From Haplodiscus bocki (lineage: Eukaryota): a DNA stretch of 64,000 nt. The stretch spans positions 100,998,001 to 101,062,000 of the forward strand of contig OZ296648.1 in the NCBI GenBank assembly GCA_965655095.1. Direction: 5' to 3'. Made by a program: the position numbers and the translations under genes. Below the pieces are notes generated by a model. It was not told where the DNA came from, made no database searches, and was given only the letters and a program-made list of their open reading frames with translations. Positions within the stretch are counted from its first letter, which is position 1; each line of letters opens with the position of its first letter. Shown piece by piece: positions 50,850 to 64,000 of the stretch.

Positions 50850-51880
50850 AGTTTGGTTGCGGTTAGATTTTTCGATGAGGTTTTTTGTGAAATTCGGACT
50901 ATTGTTGCGTATCTCAGAAATTTTTGTCAAATTGAATTCTTCTATCTTGGTACCCAGTTCTTCAATTTACTCCGATGTGGTATTGGTGTAGGAACCAAGT
51001 CCAGTCTGCCAGATACTGTGTTTTGGTTGTGGTCTGAATTTTTATCGATAGGTTTTTGCGAAGCAAAGTTAAAATTTTAGCAATATTTTGGCTATTTCAG
51101 AATGTAATCCTATATCCTATTAACTAGGTCTGGATATCACCCAGACTTGGCTTTGACGTCGCAAGGATTCTTCACTTCTGTACATACTAAGGTTTGGTTG
51201 CTGTCAAAATTTCATCGATAGGTTTTTTGGCGACTTAAACTTGAAAATCGAGCTACTTTTGGCTACTTTAAATATTTTGTCCAGTTTTAGTTGAATACTT
51301 TGGAAGCTGTCTTAAAAGGACACAGATGTTCTGTTGGCATGACAAGGAGACTCCAATGTATTGGAAACATAGTTTGAGTTTCAGTCTGAATCTTTTTAAT
51401 TTTTTTCGCTAGCGAGCTGTTATGAATTCATTTATTCACGTCTTACCTCGTTGCGCCTAGATCTCCAAACGTCCTGAATTTCACATAGTTAACCTGGGGA
51501 GACTACAAGCTATCACATACTTATTTGGTTGCGGTCCAAAAATTTTTGATAGGTTTGGTGAAAGAGTCGTCAAATTTCCGTTCTCTATTGTAGCTCAAAG
51601 GCATTCATATCCCCAATTCTGGATTGGCTCAGCAAGGAGGCACCATTTTATACATACCTCATGTTGGTTCCGGGTCCCAAGTTTTGGACAGTCTATTGCT
51701 CAAGACACATAAAAATGGAGCTATTTCGAAGATACTTGATCAATTTTGAGTGCTATGTTGTTGCACCTAGGTCTTAAATTCACTTCAATTTTGCATTGAT
51801 TCTGGAGAGACACGACTATTTGACATACTATTTCTCACTGGCGATCCGAAATTGTTCAGATACGTTTTTGTTGCTCCGGA
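50850..51880. repeat. Second, highly degenerate ~140-180 bp satellite
   Basis: tttggttgcggtc..aaatttt..gatagg-like motif at ~50852, 51021, 51193, 51373, 51524, 51663 and 51834; inverted copies near 41245-41470. Confidence 0.55.
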
Positions 51881-52909
51881 AAATGTCAAAAGTGCTAGGA
51901 GATACAGTTTTCAAAATGAACCGGCGATATTTTGTCAAGTACTATGAACAGTGCTTTCTCAATTTAGGGCCACTGGATTATTCGCAAAAGCGCCCTCAAT
52001 GATCTGGTATCGATTTGGTACATCCTGAATTCTTGCCACTTCTGCATATTTATCTCCGTTGCGAAATACCTTACTAACTTTGCGAAAACTTAGATTATCT
52101 GCAAAACAATTGTTTCTCCGGATGAAAAAAAAAATTTTGGAGAGGGCACCTTTGAGCGAGAAGAAAGGCCACACACCGGTTGAAATTAATTGTTAGGAGA
52201 GGCGAATCTTCAAACAAATTGTACTCCAGAAAATTTTCATGGCGATATTTTGCAGCAGTCTCGAGATTTAGCTGAATTTTATTCACGTTTAAACCTCTTG
52301 TGCCGGAGTTTTTGGTCATTTTATGCTATATGATTGCTCAGAGGCAGAATTCATTTTACCATCATTTCGCATATCGACCAGTACATAGCGTGGACGGAAA
52401 GTAATGGTAAATGGGGGAGTGCTTTATATCGAACATTCTTTCTTTTATCAATTTTGGGAATTTTTTTTCACCCTGAAAAAAATCATCAACTTCAATGAAA
52501 TTATTAGGGCATCTAACATATTATTCAATACTACGGGAGACAGTGGCAAATTATAACTTAGGTCATGTTGATGGTGCTAGCGCACAGGTGGGATGGACCA
52601 GTTAAATTGAAAAGCAATCCAGTTCTGATGTGAAAATGCAGGTAAGTGATTCCATTTAGGAAGTGAAAATGAAAAAGGGCAATAAAGTATATTGCTCAGG
52701 GCTCGATCATCTGACGCTCTAAACATTCTCATTTGAACCCACATAGTAGGTATTTACCCAACTCTGCAGTGAAGGGCTATTTCGCGTCCTCAGAAGAATA
52801 TGAAATTGCATGCGTTGTGGTTATTTCAAACCTCGCATTTTTCATCAACGTATCCTTCCTTCCTTGGTAATTGCAGCGATCTAGCTTTCAACTATGTTCT
52901 CGATCTCGT

Positions 52910-55300
52910 CTTGTTTTGGTCTGTTGCTTTCCGCGGAAACAGAGGACAAGTTTTGCAAAGAGCAAAACTTACTTGGGTTCTAATGTACGCGATCTTATTA
53001 GCGTATCCGTATCCTGTCGCTGATCTTTAAGGCTAGACGCTTCATAATTACGGACCGGCTCGTCCAATGCAGGCAAACTATGAGGGACTGAAGCTTGATT
53101 TCTCTACCTCAACTTTTGGATGTTGATTTTTGAGCTTTTCCTATGCTGCTGGTTCTCGTGGAACTTGTTCGATTCTGGTGTCGATTTCCGGTAAATTTTT
53201 GCGATTGGACTGAATACTCTGGCGTCGAAAATGTGGCACTGAATCTGCTGCTATCCCAAAGACTTCGCTTTGATGTATAGTGGAGCTCAGTGTTCAGTTA
53301 TCGTTGCTTTATGTGTGAAGGATTCACCTCATAACGTGTGAATTGTCGACTCGACCTCAACAGTAAAATAAGCGCACCTTATTAGTTCAGCAAACAAATA
53401 TCTAAGCTACTTGTGATGTGTCTGCGTGTATTCTCCATTGGGACAAAGGAGCGCACATTCAAGGGGAAACGTTTCACCACGAGATAATGTGGATGGCAAG
53501 TGCTTTAGATCCCATCTCTCTTAAAGCAGTGCCATCTTGGAACTCATATTTCCTCAAATTAACTTCGTATTTTCGAGCGGCAGAGCGTTCAGCCAACTCC
53601 ACGACCTTTTTTCTGATGCTAAATCTAATGCAAAAGTTTTCTTTTCATACAGCATTTATCTGATATGTGCTTCCCTTCTTTTTCTTAGGTCTTTTGATTT
53701 CAACTGCGATCAATGATTGTTCCTCTTCAGCGTACACAAGTGTGCGTGGATTCAAACGGTTCGGATAAAGTAAAATGCACATAGGTTTGCAGGCTTTTGT
53801 TAACATTTTGCGGTGAAATCTTCGCATGTTCCGCCAATTTCCGGAGAATTTTTGCATGTTGATCGTCAGAAGCAAAAACGGACCTTAACACTCGCTGCCC
53901 GTCCTCAATCTCGACATTTGCATCACGAAATATCTCGCTGCCGGTATTTAATTTTTCAGATTTGGTTATCAGATGACATTTGGTGACATGGTAGCCGAAT
54001 TTAGCGCCATGTTTTTTCCGCTCTCCTAATAGCAGTCGCAGAGAGTCTAATTTACCAGCTGCGTTGCTTTCGTTGGCGTACCATTTGAGTGATGTTGTTT
54101 CTCTCGACTTCATTGATCGAAGGAGGAATTGCTATGCCGTACATTTCCAATGCAAGTGGATCACGTGGGGTAGTTCCTGCCTGTGAATCAACAATTTTTT
54201 CCCAATGAACAATTTAGAAGGTTTTTGATGGGAATTCTAATGAGCTCTATGGATCGATGGGCACAAAACTTTGTTTTCCAATGCAAGGTATGGAATGAGG
54301 GAATGGATTTCGCATCGATTTGCAGAATCACTTCGGTTTCATCTCGCCGGAATTTTGTCATCAGAAAGTGAATGGCATGCTCAATGACCCCTTTTTGGCC
54401 CAGGCAAAATTCAGATTTTCCACCTAATTGCCTGAGATATTCAGCGATACACCTGCCATCTTCTTGCTGATGATTCTCCGTAGAGCTTCACAAACACCAT
54501 AAGTCTGACGCAGTGTTTCTTAATTGAGGCGATCAATCTGCATTCAAACGCATCCAGATCTCCTAGTCGAGTTTGCTATTTTGATGCTTGAATTCGGTTT
54601 AGCTTTACAGTGATCGACTCACTCATCATCGAAAGTCGACAGGATTGGACGCGATTCATCTGCATCTGGACCTGACGGTTCTTCGCTTCCTGGGTTTCTC
54701 ATTGCATCTCCTTTGGTGCTTGCTGCGTTTATTTGGTTGAACATTGGAGGGTGATATGGAATAGTGTTTGGAATAATCGAATGAACAATGTAATCGGGGT
54801 CGGTAGCTTCTGCTTTGCGATAATTTTTTTCAGAATGTCAAAAAATTTAATCATCGTCAACGCTTTCGTTTATGTTCAAGTCTTACTTTGCTTTCGTCTG
54901 ATAAACATCCAATCACATTCTTCATTTCACCGGAGGCCATATGTTTATCGAATTCCCGGAACTCGTTAAAATTACGCTTCCGTTCTTTTCTTACTGGTCT
55001 CTCTCGAAAAGTTTTAGCTTCAATCATAAGGTTATAAAGATCACCTTTCCGCCATGCTGGAAGCCTGCGATATGGGACTTCATTGATCGTTGGCGTTCTG
55101 TTCTTGAAAGATTCAAGTGAGGCATGATCATCGTTGCAGTCATTGTAAGTCCAGGTGAAAATCCTCAGAATAATTGTAGAGGATGGAGAAAAGCGTTTCA
55201 ACAAACTTGCGGCCTGTTTTGTTCTTGTTGATTGTGAAAAGTTATAGTCTCCAGTGTGCACTTTCATCATGGATTTTTTTTCAGTTGGTCGAAATGGTGC
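52910..55300 (-). mobile_element. Decayed CRE-like non-LTR retrotransposon (RT plus restriction-like endonuclease)
   Basis: Colinear fragments: RRLPAWRKGDL, GSEEPSGPDA, CLGQKGVIEHAIH, LQIDAK, AGTTPRDPLALEMYGIA (cf. EGTTQGDPLAM), KWYANE (degenerate YADD), FGYHVTKC, zinc-knuckle remnant, DARVFSP, VEKSSFSP, YIRTQVSFAL. Confidence 0.85.
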
Positions 55301-58300
55301 GGAAGCTGCTCGGACTAAGTATCTCGGGTGTAACGTTAATAAGGTTCGTATAGGTGTTTGCGGGTAGATGAAGCTGTTACTTGGTGGTTTGTGCGCGTCT
55401 TGCAGATAGAATTGTCATTATGCTGCCGCGCTGACTGTAAACCGCTTCATTTTTTGTGCATGTAATTTCATCAGTTATAGCACCATACTCCTCAGCCATG
55501 CAGATTAGTGTTACATTGTAAACAGTCAATTTGATCGAACATTGCACATGGATTAAGGTTTTAAAGTCAGCTAACAAAAACGTTTCCTTAAAAAAGTTGA
55601 TATAAAAGCAGAGAAATTCAGTTGACCAGTTGAAAGTTGGTTATCAATGAATGATAGATGGATAGATACCATTTCTCCTATGGCATCATCTGAAGCGATA
55701 ATTCAAATCAGGTGAAAGAATGATGTGAAAGATGAAAGAAGATGATACTTTATCATATGAACTACTGGCACTATTGAGCTTGAAGTTTTTGATTTAATTT
55801 TTAATTGCTGATGGTTTAGAGGGTTTTTGACAAATTTATTTGCAGTTGATTGAATTTAAAAATGATTGTTAGTAGTAACTGTTCCCATTTTTGATGAATG
55901 TTCATGAGTACACGTGAGGTCATTGAAACCAACGACAATCGTCACCACAGCCAGCCTTCAGTTCGAGTCTTGATAAACTAAAGTCTCCAATTTCCTGACA
56001 GATGCCCCGCGGTATATTGGTCACTTGATACAATTGGCTCCAGGTATTCGTTCGCGATGTCACCAATATCAATTTCAAGTGTCGGGGTGAAGGTACTTCG
56101 GTGTGAGTCTCAGGCTTTTATGCTTTGGACTTTCCGAAATCCCTCGTAGACAGAGCTTCCCAATTTGTAGATTCCCAGTTCACAGAAAACATGAAAGAAC
56201 ATATTAAAGAGCAGATGCCATTGAGTAAGTTTATCACGACAATCAGGCCTTAGGTAGATAACATTTTTGCGCTTTCTTGTTGTTGTTTTGATATTGACGC
56301 CTCAGGTGTTCGAAATTTCGACAATACATCTTCATTTTTCGTACACATATTGACTGAAAGCAAGATTGTGCATTCAAAACCGGCTTGTGCATAGTTGTTT
56401 GAAGTTGTCCAAAAATTGCATCTTGCGTCGTCATCAGCGTGTCTGGTCATTTATTGTAAGCGGTCAAAAAGGGCGCCTTTTGAAACATCCTGCTAGGTAC
56501 TTGTTTATTTTCGCGTTCTAAATAGTTCATTTCTTTTGAAAATTAGTCTGAAAAAGGAACAACAGCATTATAAAATGTAAAGTTTCACATAGCAATAGTT
56601 TGAATATGAGAAAGTGTGGGCAATATATTAGGGGTCTCTGAAGAACGTTACATGTAGATTTTTCTATCTGTCAGAATAGGTTATAATAGTGAACAAACTA
56701 TCGGTTTTTCTTTGAAGTCGGAACATGTTGGTTGTCAATAAGCAACGCTGATACCACTCAATCTCATTCTGAAAACGACCAATTCAATTTCTTATTGCGC
56801 TTGCGCAAGCATTTTTTTAACAAAGTCTTCAATTTTTTCCATCCGTTCACAATTGACACAAGTTCTTGGATTTTGACCAAAGAGGAGGGAGTAGAGTAGG
56901 CGAGAACCTGGAAATGTTCGCGCTTCAGTGGCATGCTCTACTGACTGTGCCACTGTCGTTTGAGAATCAATTTTTTTTTCTCAAAATATCAAGTGATTGA
57001 AATATAACGTTTCTTACTTGTGTAGAAATGTACGAGAATTAGCTCAGTTGCTGTAGGATTGTTTTCAGTAGTCTTTGTAATATCATGGCCCCTTCAGAAA
57101 TCAGTTATTTTAGTCGAATTCTTCACCAGTATCCCCTTGATGCCAATGTTGCAAAGCATGGCTTCGCCCCTGGGATATGCAAATTGTTTACACTCATTTG
57201 ACTGAATTTATGCAGCTTTCTTTAGGACATTTCAACTAAGAGTCACTTATTTGACCGAACATAAGCTGTTTTTTGGCGTTTGAACGAAGAGTCACAAGTC
57301 ATGATTGACAAGTGATTTAAGAATGTTGCCGAGTGGTTTTTGATGTCTTGTTGATTAGTGCTGGCCTTTTTGGTAGCTATAGTTTTTTTAATAAGGCATT
57401 TTCTGGGACACCTGGCTTAGTTCATTTTTGCTTGGCCTACTGTATAAATTTTTTTAAACAGTGGGCTGCAAAATGGCCATTGACAGATCAGTTCTTTGAC
57501 TATTAGACACTGTAACAGGTACTGTTCTCAATGGGACTTTTTGGAACAAAATTTGTATTGAGACCTGGTAAAACCTTTAATCGGTTGCGTCTGTGTCCAG
57601 AGTTGCAAATGGCAATTACTACGCTAAACTTGTCAAGTTCAGCGTAGTGGATTGTTACTTCTTGCAACTCCTAACTAAGTTATAAGTAAGTTATTGTCAC
57701 CGCTTGCTATTAAGGTATCAAGAATCTAGTCTAAATTGATGCAAACAGACGCAAAATGAATCAACAATGGTTTTTCTAAAGATTTAATTATGCAAACGTG
57801 CTGTATTAATCCAGCATAATTCATTACGAACGTACAAGTTTTACAAAGTTGACCTGTATGCGGGAAAACGCCTAAAGGAGAGGAAAACCGCTAAATTTGC
57901 GTGTTTAGATTTTTTCTTTGGTCTTCCAAATCGTTTTTAGCTACAAATGAAATGATTCAGCAAACAGCATTTTTCAGAAAATGCTGGTCTCTTTTCAGAA
58001 AAGGTAATTTTGGGTATCTTTTGGTTTTTTCGGTCAGAAAATCTAATTTTTGGTCGAAAAATGGTATACTAAATTTCGAGGTTTCCAGAGTTAACTTTCC
58101 TGAGCCTACCGATAACTTTTCAAATTCTCATTTTTTTCGAAGCTCTTTGATTCACTTTCAGTTCAAAATTTTTCCTTGTAATTACACGGTGGGATTTTCC
58201 TTGATTTCCTTAACTTCCATGTTCTATGATACTTTCATGAAAAAACCAGAGGCAACATGTTTCTGAATTATTGCTACATATAGACTGATTTATTGCAAGA

Positions 58301-58373
58301 CGATCATAGTGTTCTTGTTTTCTGTCAGAGAATTCCAATGTGCCATGTTCACAAAATTGAACCTAAAATTGAG

Positions 58374-59630
58374 GGTGTCAGGACATTTCGTCTTATGCCA
58401 TTTCAACCTCCGCTATTTCGAGCGTTCACACTTTCAACAGCATGCCTTTTGGACTGCGTGCCATTTCAACCGCTTGCAATTTCGACTGCGGCAAATTCAA
58501 CCCTGCCAATTACCGAGCCATCAACGAATTACAGTAACCAAGTGTAATTAGAAATAACCCTTCTGAATGTAAGCTTCAAAACAAGATGGCCGGCTAGCAC
58601 TGGCACATTCCCCTCACTGATTTTGTTAAAGATGCGTTTCAAGAGGATCAAAGCATTTTTTTCAAAAAATACTTTTTTTTTGTCAAAATTGTAATTTTTC
58701 CAATTTCAAAAATTTTCTGATTTTCTTACAAAATTCACAATTAATGTGGAAAAAAAATTTCAAGAAATAAAATCATTTGATACGCATTTTACAGCAAATT
58801 TGCCATCTTAACTGGTTTTAAAAACCATGTTTTTCAAAAAAAACCAACTTTCAACTTTTCAAAAAGAAATCAGAAAAATTTTCGGCACTGTTCGGCACAA
58901 ACAACTCTAAACTCTATCCATCATGGTACTACCTAGCAGTTACGAAAAAAAATGAAAAACAGATGCAAAATATCCGAAATGCTGAGCCATATCTTAGATC
59001 AAAAGCATAATTTAGATAAATTTAGATAAATATTTGTTTGCAGATTTTTTTCTGTAATTTGTGTTGTTTTACTTTGTTTCTTTCAGTATGTTGTAATTAT
59101 TCATTTTTTTTGTCTTTTGTATGAAATTCAGTTTTTTGTGGTGATGCCTCCTTGCAGCCTCCCGGAGTGCGTCTCAGAACATGACTGGCTGTGCACTTTA
59201 ATTCAAGACACACTGTCTCTTGTGAGATCGAAGTTACATTTAGACTACTGGTGGCTAACTCTTTGGAAAATTGTTCAAAGTCGGTGACTAGAAATCAGAG
59301 TCCCTTAAAGTTTGTTGTCCTGGTGAGATGCAAGTTGCATCTGATTTCTATCTGGTGAAGTTCGTGAACATCATTCTCAAATTTGGTTGTTTGCCCAATA
59401 TTACCTTTAAAAAATACATAAGACTTTCTGATTGATGATATTCAATTGATTCTTTAACTTACTTTAGATGTTGTCGAACGTCTTGAAAAAATTGATTAAC
59501 CTTGAATTTAATTGAGTAGGTCGACTTTGCGGTGGTTGAGTTTGCAAATGGTCGAAAAGGCAAGCGGATGAAAGTGTGAACGGTTGAAATTGCAGCGGTT
59601 GAAATGGCATAGGACAAATGACATGTAACC
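58374..59630. mobile_element. Non-autonomous TIR (foldback/MITE-like) DNA transposon with 8-bp TSD
   Basis: Imperfect inverted repeats at 58374-~58510 and ~59517-59630 built of 15-bp catttcaaccg subrepeats; AAATTGAG flanks both ends (58366-58373, 59631-59638). Confidence 0.8.
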
Positions 59631-60990
59631 AAATTGAGTACGTGATAGTTTCCCAGTTTTCTCGAATTTAGATTTCGCTTCAACCTCTCGTTTAATTTTC
59701 TTTAGTTAACGGTTCAATCGGCAGGCCAGTATAATATTTAGATTCATTCAAAGAAATTTTCTCCGCTTCTGATCTGTTTTTCGCAAAATTTGAAAATCAC
59801 AACTGAACAATCGGAAGCTTGTTTTTTTCTGTGTTCGCAAAATTGTCCACTCGTTTGTCGACTATCGGTTCTATTTTAAGTACTATGCTGGAGTTATATT
59901 GCGAAAATTCGATCGTGTGCAAGTAGATTTTTCTGAAATTAAACGCAGGAACTTCAGAAAATACAAAGTACGAAAACAAAGACTGCTCTATTTGGAAATA
60001 TCGGGCCGTTGATTTGGTTTCATGATACATCGATGTTCGAGGCCCGCTAGGGGGCCCATTTTTGAAAGTTGGACAACTATGCTCGTTTTTTGGATTCTCT
60101 AAAAGCGGTTAAGGTTTTTATTGATTTTCACACATTCTGACAAAGGAAGAATGTGTATTGGAAACCGGCAAAAGGTTAGTTTTTTATCCTGTTTAAATTT
60201 CGCATTTTTTTGACATTATCGGAGAGTCTAGTCATCTAGTGTTAATGGTCCAAAACGGCCTGTTTTTGGCAAGAACTTGTTCATTTTCCTGTTGTTTACT
60301 GTGCAAACTTCCTAAATATTGGGCAGAAAAATGGCGTTACCCGGCGTAAGAGATGATTGACTATCAAAGTTTTGAGTCTGTGACGTGAGACTTTTTTTGA
60401 CTTTTTCGAATAAGCTTTTGATTGATTGCTGGTGTAGTATTTCTAAAAGTGTCAATCAAATCTCCGATCATGGTTCTCAATGTCTTGCAGAATCCGTGAT
60501 CTCTCAGCTGACTAGTCAGAATGAGTTGCGCTTCACCGCTGTTCAATATCGTAGCCGAGGGTGATATTAGAACTAGGCCTGCCCGTTTTCCCATACTTCA
60601 GATTGTTGACTTGAAGTAAATGTGCCAATGGTTCACGATATTTATTTGCAGAAGGAATTTGAAAATCGAGTTATTTTTGGCTTTTTCTGCCTTTAATTTT
60701 TCTTCGAGGCCCTATAAGATGACACGTGTGCCTTCAATTCACCTCAATTTGGCAAGAACCTATTGAAATAATGAAGTGACCCCTACAAATTAATCTATTA
60801 GTTAGGCGATAATTTTCCCATCGGTTTTATCCCAAAAAGCAATTCAACAAAATTTGCCAACTTGAAAGTCGTCCACTTGGCGTTTTTCCTTTCATTAATC
60901 ATGTTTGGGTATGTGTTAAACGTTGGCAGAAAAAAAGTTCAAAAGCTTCGATAGTCAAGCCCCGGAGTTGACTATCTTTTCAGTGACATA

Positions 60991-61221
60991 ATGCCGGAAG
61001 AACAGAATAGCAAATCAAAATTAGAGATCAAGGCAGTTCTGCCTTCCGGTGGCATGACCCACGTGGAAGATGTACCGCAATACGTTTTGTGCAAACCCAA
61101 AATTCTGCCCATGAAAAGCGTGACTTTAGAAAAATTGGAACAAATGCAGAAAGAAGCGCTTTCAGAAGCCAAAGCACAGAGACAAGCAGAGCTGGATGCA
61201 AATGCCAGTTCTGCATTCTAA
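60991..61221 (+). CDS. BBIP1: BBSome-interacting protein 1 (BBIP10), 76 aa
   Basis: VLPSGGMTHVEDVPQYVLCKPKILPMKSVTLEKLEQMQKEA matches the BBIP10 signature VLPKQG.L.VED...[21 protein letters not shown]. Confidence 0.93.
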   Translation: MPEEQNSKSKLEIKAVLPSGGMTHVEDVPQYVLCKPKILPMKSVTLEKLEQMQKEALSEAKAQRQAELDANASSAF

Positions 61222-62249
61222 AATTTATACTGTCGCAATGTTTCTTGTAAAATGTAAAATATTGTAGTTATGTTGTTCGAATTGTACTTTTGTCAGTATG
61301 TAATTTCAGTTTATTGAGTACAGTGACATATGACGTACAGTGTTGGTAGTGAAAGACAATATTTTGTTCAGCCATTGCGGATTTTTGTTTCTTGAATTTA
61401 CTTTTTGTACTAAACTGCTGCGGTTTCGTTGATATGGAGCAATTATATGCTGTAGTTTTTCTACAGTAACTCGATTATTCGGACTATCGGAGGTTTTTCA
61501 CAACTGGAAAGAAACCATTTGGAAAGAAACCCACAAAGGAATTGGGTGGTATTTTTAGTCTTCGCTTTAGAAAAAAAGTGCCAACTATCACTGTGACTAT
61601 TTTTTACTCGGGGCTTTACTTTAGTAAGGATGCCGACTATTGCAGTGGCTTTTTTTCGACAACAGACTCACACTATCCATCCATTTCCAACAAAGTTGCA
61701 TTTTGCATTTTTCTGCCAAATTTTTGACGCCACGAATTCTACCATATCTTTCAAAACTAGTAGAATAAAAAAATCGTGATACCCCTCTTTACATATTCTG
61801 GAACTTTTTTTGCCACGGAAAATTTTTGGAAATTTCGTGACACCTCCCAATATTTGCATTATTACACTAGCGCCAGCAAGTGTTCTAACACAGCCTTAAT
61901 TTTTTTTCGATCTCTGTACAACTGAGACAAGTTCCTAGATTTGAGCAAAGAGGCGGAAATTGCCTTGCCTAGAACTTTGGACCATTCGCGCCGCAGTTGA
62001 ATGCTCTATTGACTGTGCGATTGTCGCTTGCAAATGAGTGACTTTATTTTAAAAATCAAGCGAATGAAATATTAGCGTTTCTTACCTGTATATAAATGTA
62101 GAATAGTTAACTGAGTTTCTGTACACTTGTTATCAGTAGTATTCGTAGTATCATGGCGCCTTCGAAAATCAGATATATTAAGTCGATTTGTTCACTAGCA
62201 TTCCGCTGGCGCAAGTGTTGCAAAGCACAGCTTCACCTCCGTGTTTACG

Positions 62250-62490
62250 TTTTTTTATGGCGCAGTGAGTAGGACAAAAGAAGTCCTAAGCCACGGGCGG
62301 CGTGTTCGAACCCGAGTATAGGCTATATATATTCAATTCGCACTAGGCTATGTTTCGTACATTTTCTTCCGAAAACTTTCGCATTTTTCACCTAGAACTG
62401 AACCAAAAATGTGCACAAATCTACCTTTTTCGAGAAATTTTTGAACTTAGGTCCATTTTTTTTCGTAATGTCCCCTCCTAATAAATCTAT
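62250..62490 (+). mobile_element. tRNA-derived SINE-like element
   Basis: A-box-like TGGCGCAGTGAG at 62258 and B-box GTTCGAACCC at 62304; abuts the end of another dispersed repeat; 3' end approximate. Confidence 0.55.
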
Positions 62491-64000
62491 CGAATCGACA
62501 AGTATGGAGATCGAATCCCATAGTAAGGTGTGCTGTCTTATTACACTTGCGCAGGCAAATGTTACATCACAGACTTTGCTCACTCTTCCGATCATATCAC
62601 AACTCACATTTCCTAGATTCAATGGTTCCTAGACTTTGTTCATGCTCTCTTGGCTGACTTGCAAAATTTTGTTTGAGTGGCCTTTTTTCCAGCGTACGCG
62701 CCTGATAAATATAAAGCAAATTAAGTGCTGTAACCTTTCGTACTTGTTACACTTGTGTAGAAGTTTATAAAAATTAACGATTGTTAAATTTCTGTTAAAT
62801 TATTCAATCAGTAGTTTTCGTAGTACCGTGGCCTGTTCAAAAATTAGTTTTATTTGGTCGCTAGTATTCCGTTGGCGCAACTGTTATGAAGCTAGGCTTC
62901 GCTTCTGTGTATTTTATGCCAAAGTATTTTTTTCAAACATCAATCACCTCCGTGCAATGACGATTTCGAGCCATACGGGCGGTGCCAACTCTGGCTTGCT
63001 TTTCCAAAGATGTTTTCTTCACTTCGAGCTGACCCAAGTTTTACAATCTTACAATTTTGGTCAAATGGGGGTTTTGAGGGTGCGAATTGTACCATACCTT
63101 CTAAAAATCGAAAGAACTTCGTATTATCCCTCCTTTGCCTAAATGGGAAATAACTTGGAAAAGCAGAAACGTAAACTTTTTGTAATACCCCCACCTTTGC
63201 AGAAACATGATACACCCACTTATGCTTAGATTTTCCGCCATTGTTGCCGGTATGCTTTTCTTGGAGGGACTAATTTTTCGCCAAACTCGACAAAATTACT
63301 TTTCTGACGTTTTTTCTCCAAAATAAGATACTGGAACTAAGGCCGACTTTCGGCCTGCCACGCCCTCGAATACCGGCCCAAAAATGCTGCATGATTGCCT
63401 GTGTAAAATCGAGGGAATCTTAAACTAACCGTTGGTATGTTGAATATTCTTGAAAAAATGTAACTTTCCAGAAAAATTGCAGAAATCATGAATTTTCCCG
63501 CTACCCCCCAGCTAGCGCTCTATTAACCGCCTTTTCTGCCAACATGCTTTTTGCTGAGTTAAGTAACCGCCAAATTCAAATATACATCAGCTCGACAAAG
63601 TGAACATACTTGTTTCCGTTTATTCAGTGACGTTTCATAGTTGAAAAAAGGATAATTGAACTTGGGTACACTCTCAGTCAGCCAACGCCCTTTTTTATCT
63701 CTCCAAAATTGCTGCATCGATGCTGGTAGATAATCACGCGGTTACTATTTTCTATGATTGAATTATTGTACAAGATGAGATATAGAAACAAGGGTTCCTG
63801 CTTTATAGAGAAGTTTTTTCAAACCTTACGCGCGGCGCCGATTCTGGCCATTCTTGGATTGTTGATTTTTTCAAGTGAGTAAACAAGGAAAAGCCTTACT
63901 CCAAATAACAAATTTTAGGAGTCAAATATTGCTGGGAAACTTAGCTTGGATCAGAATTTGACAAAGTACAAACAAAATATCCTTTCTCCTGAAGTTTCCA

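Noticed and set aside
55930-56450. Coding-looking minus-strand stretch
   Set aside because: Stops in all frames and no recognisable motif
62258-62330. Functional tRNA gene (also 63-130)
   Set aside because: A/B boxes are present but acceptor and anticodon stems do not form; treated as SINE-like

Overview
AT-rich, repeat-dense animal (eukaryotic) genomic DNA with one N gap (5027-5288). Three host genes lie on the + strand. A COA7-like Sel1-repeat gene can be assembled in phase from three exons (6522-6727, 38040-38197, 43553-43845; 218 aa). MRPL38 (48379-49683) and BBIP1 (60991-61221) have uninterrupted CDSs. The 31.3-kb first intron of COA7 holds, in order: a very divergent frameshifted uS5/RPS2 paralogue; an internally deleted CR1/L2-type LINE (SGNH-esterase ORF, PHD ORF, RT); a 27-bp minisatellite; a decayed Polinton/Maverick; and a ~20-kb tandem array. 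In the Polinton the capsid gene is fused in frame to the protein-primed PolB, and the PolB is interrupted by a clean 199-bp phase-0 GT-AG intron-like insertion. The array has three nested periods (~177 bp, ~1597 bp, 4792 bp). Downstream are a decayed CRE-like non-LTR element, a TIR element with a perfect 8-bp target-site duplication, tRNA-derived SINE-like heads and several dispersed repeats. All family assignments rest on motifs recognised by eye; no database search was run.
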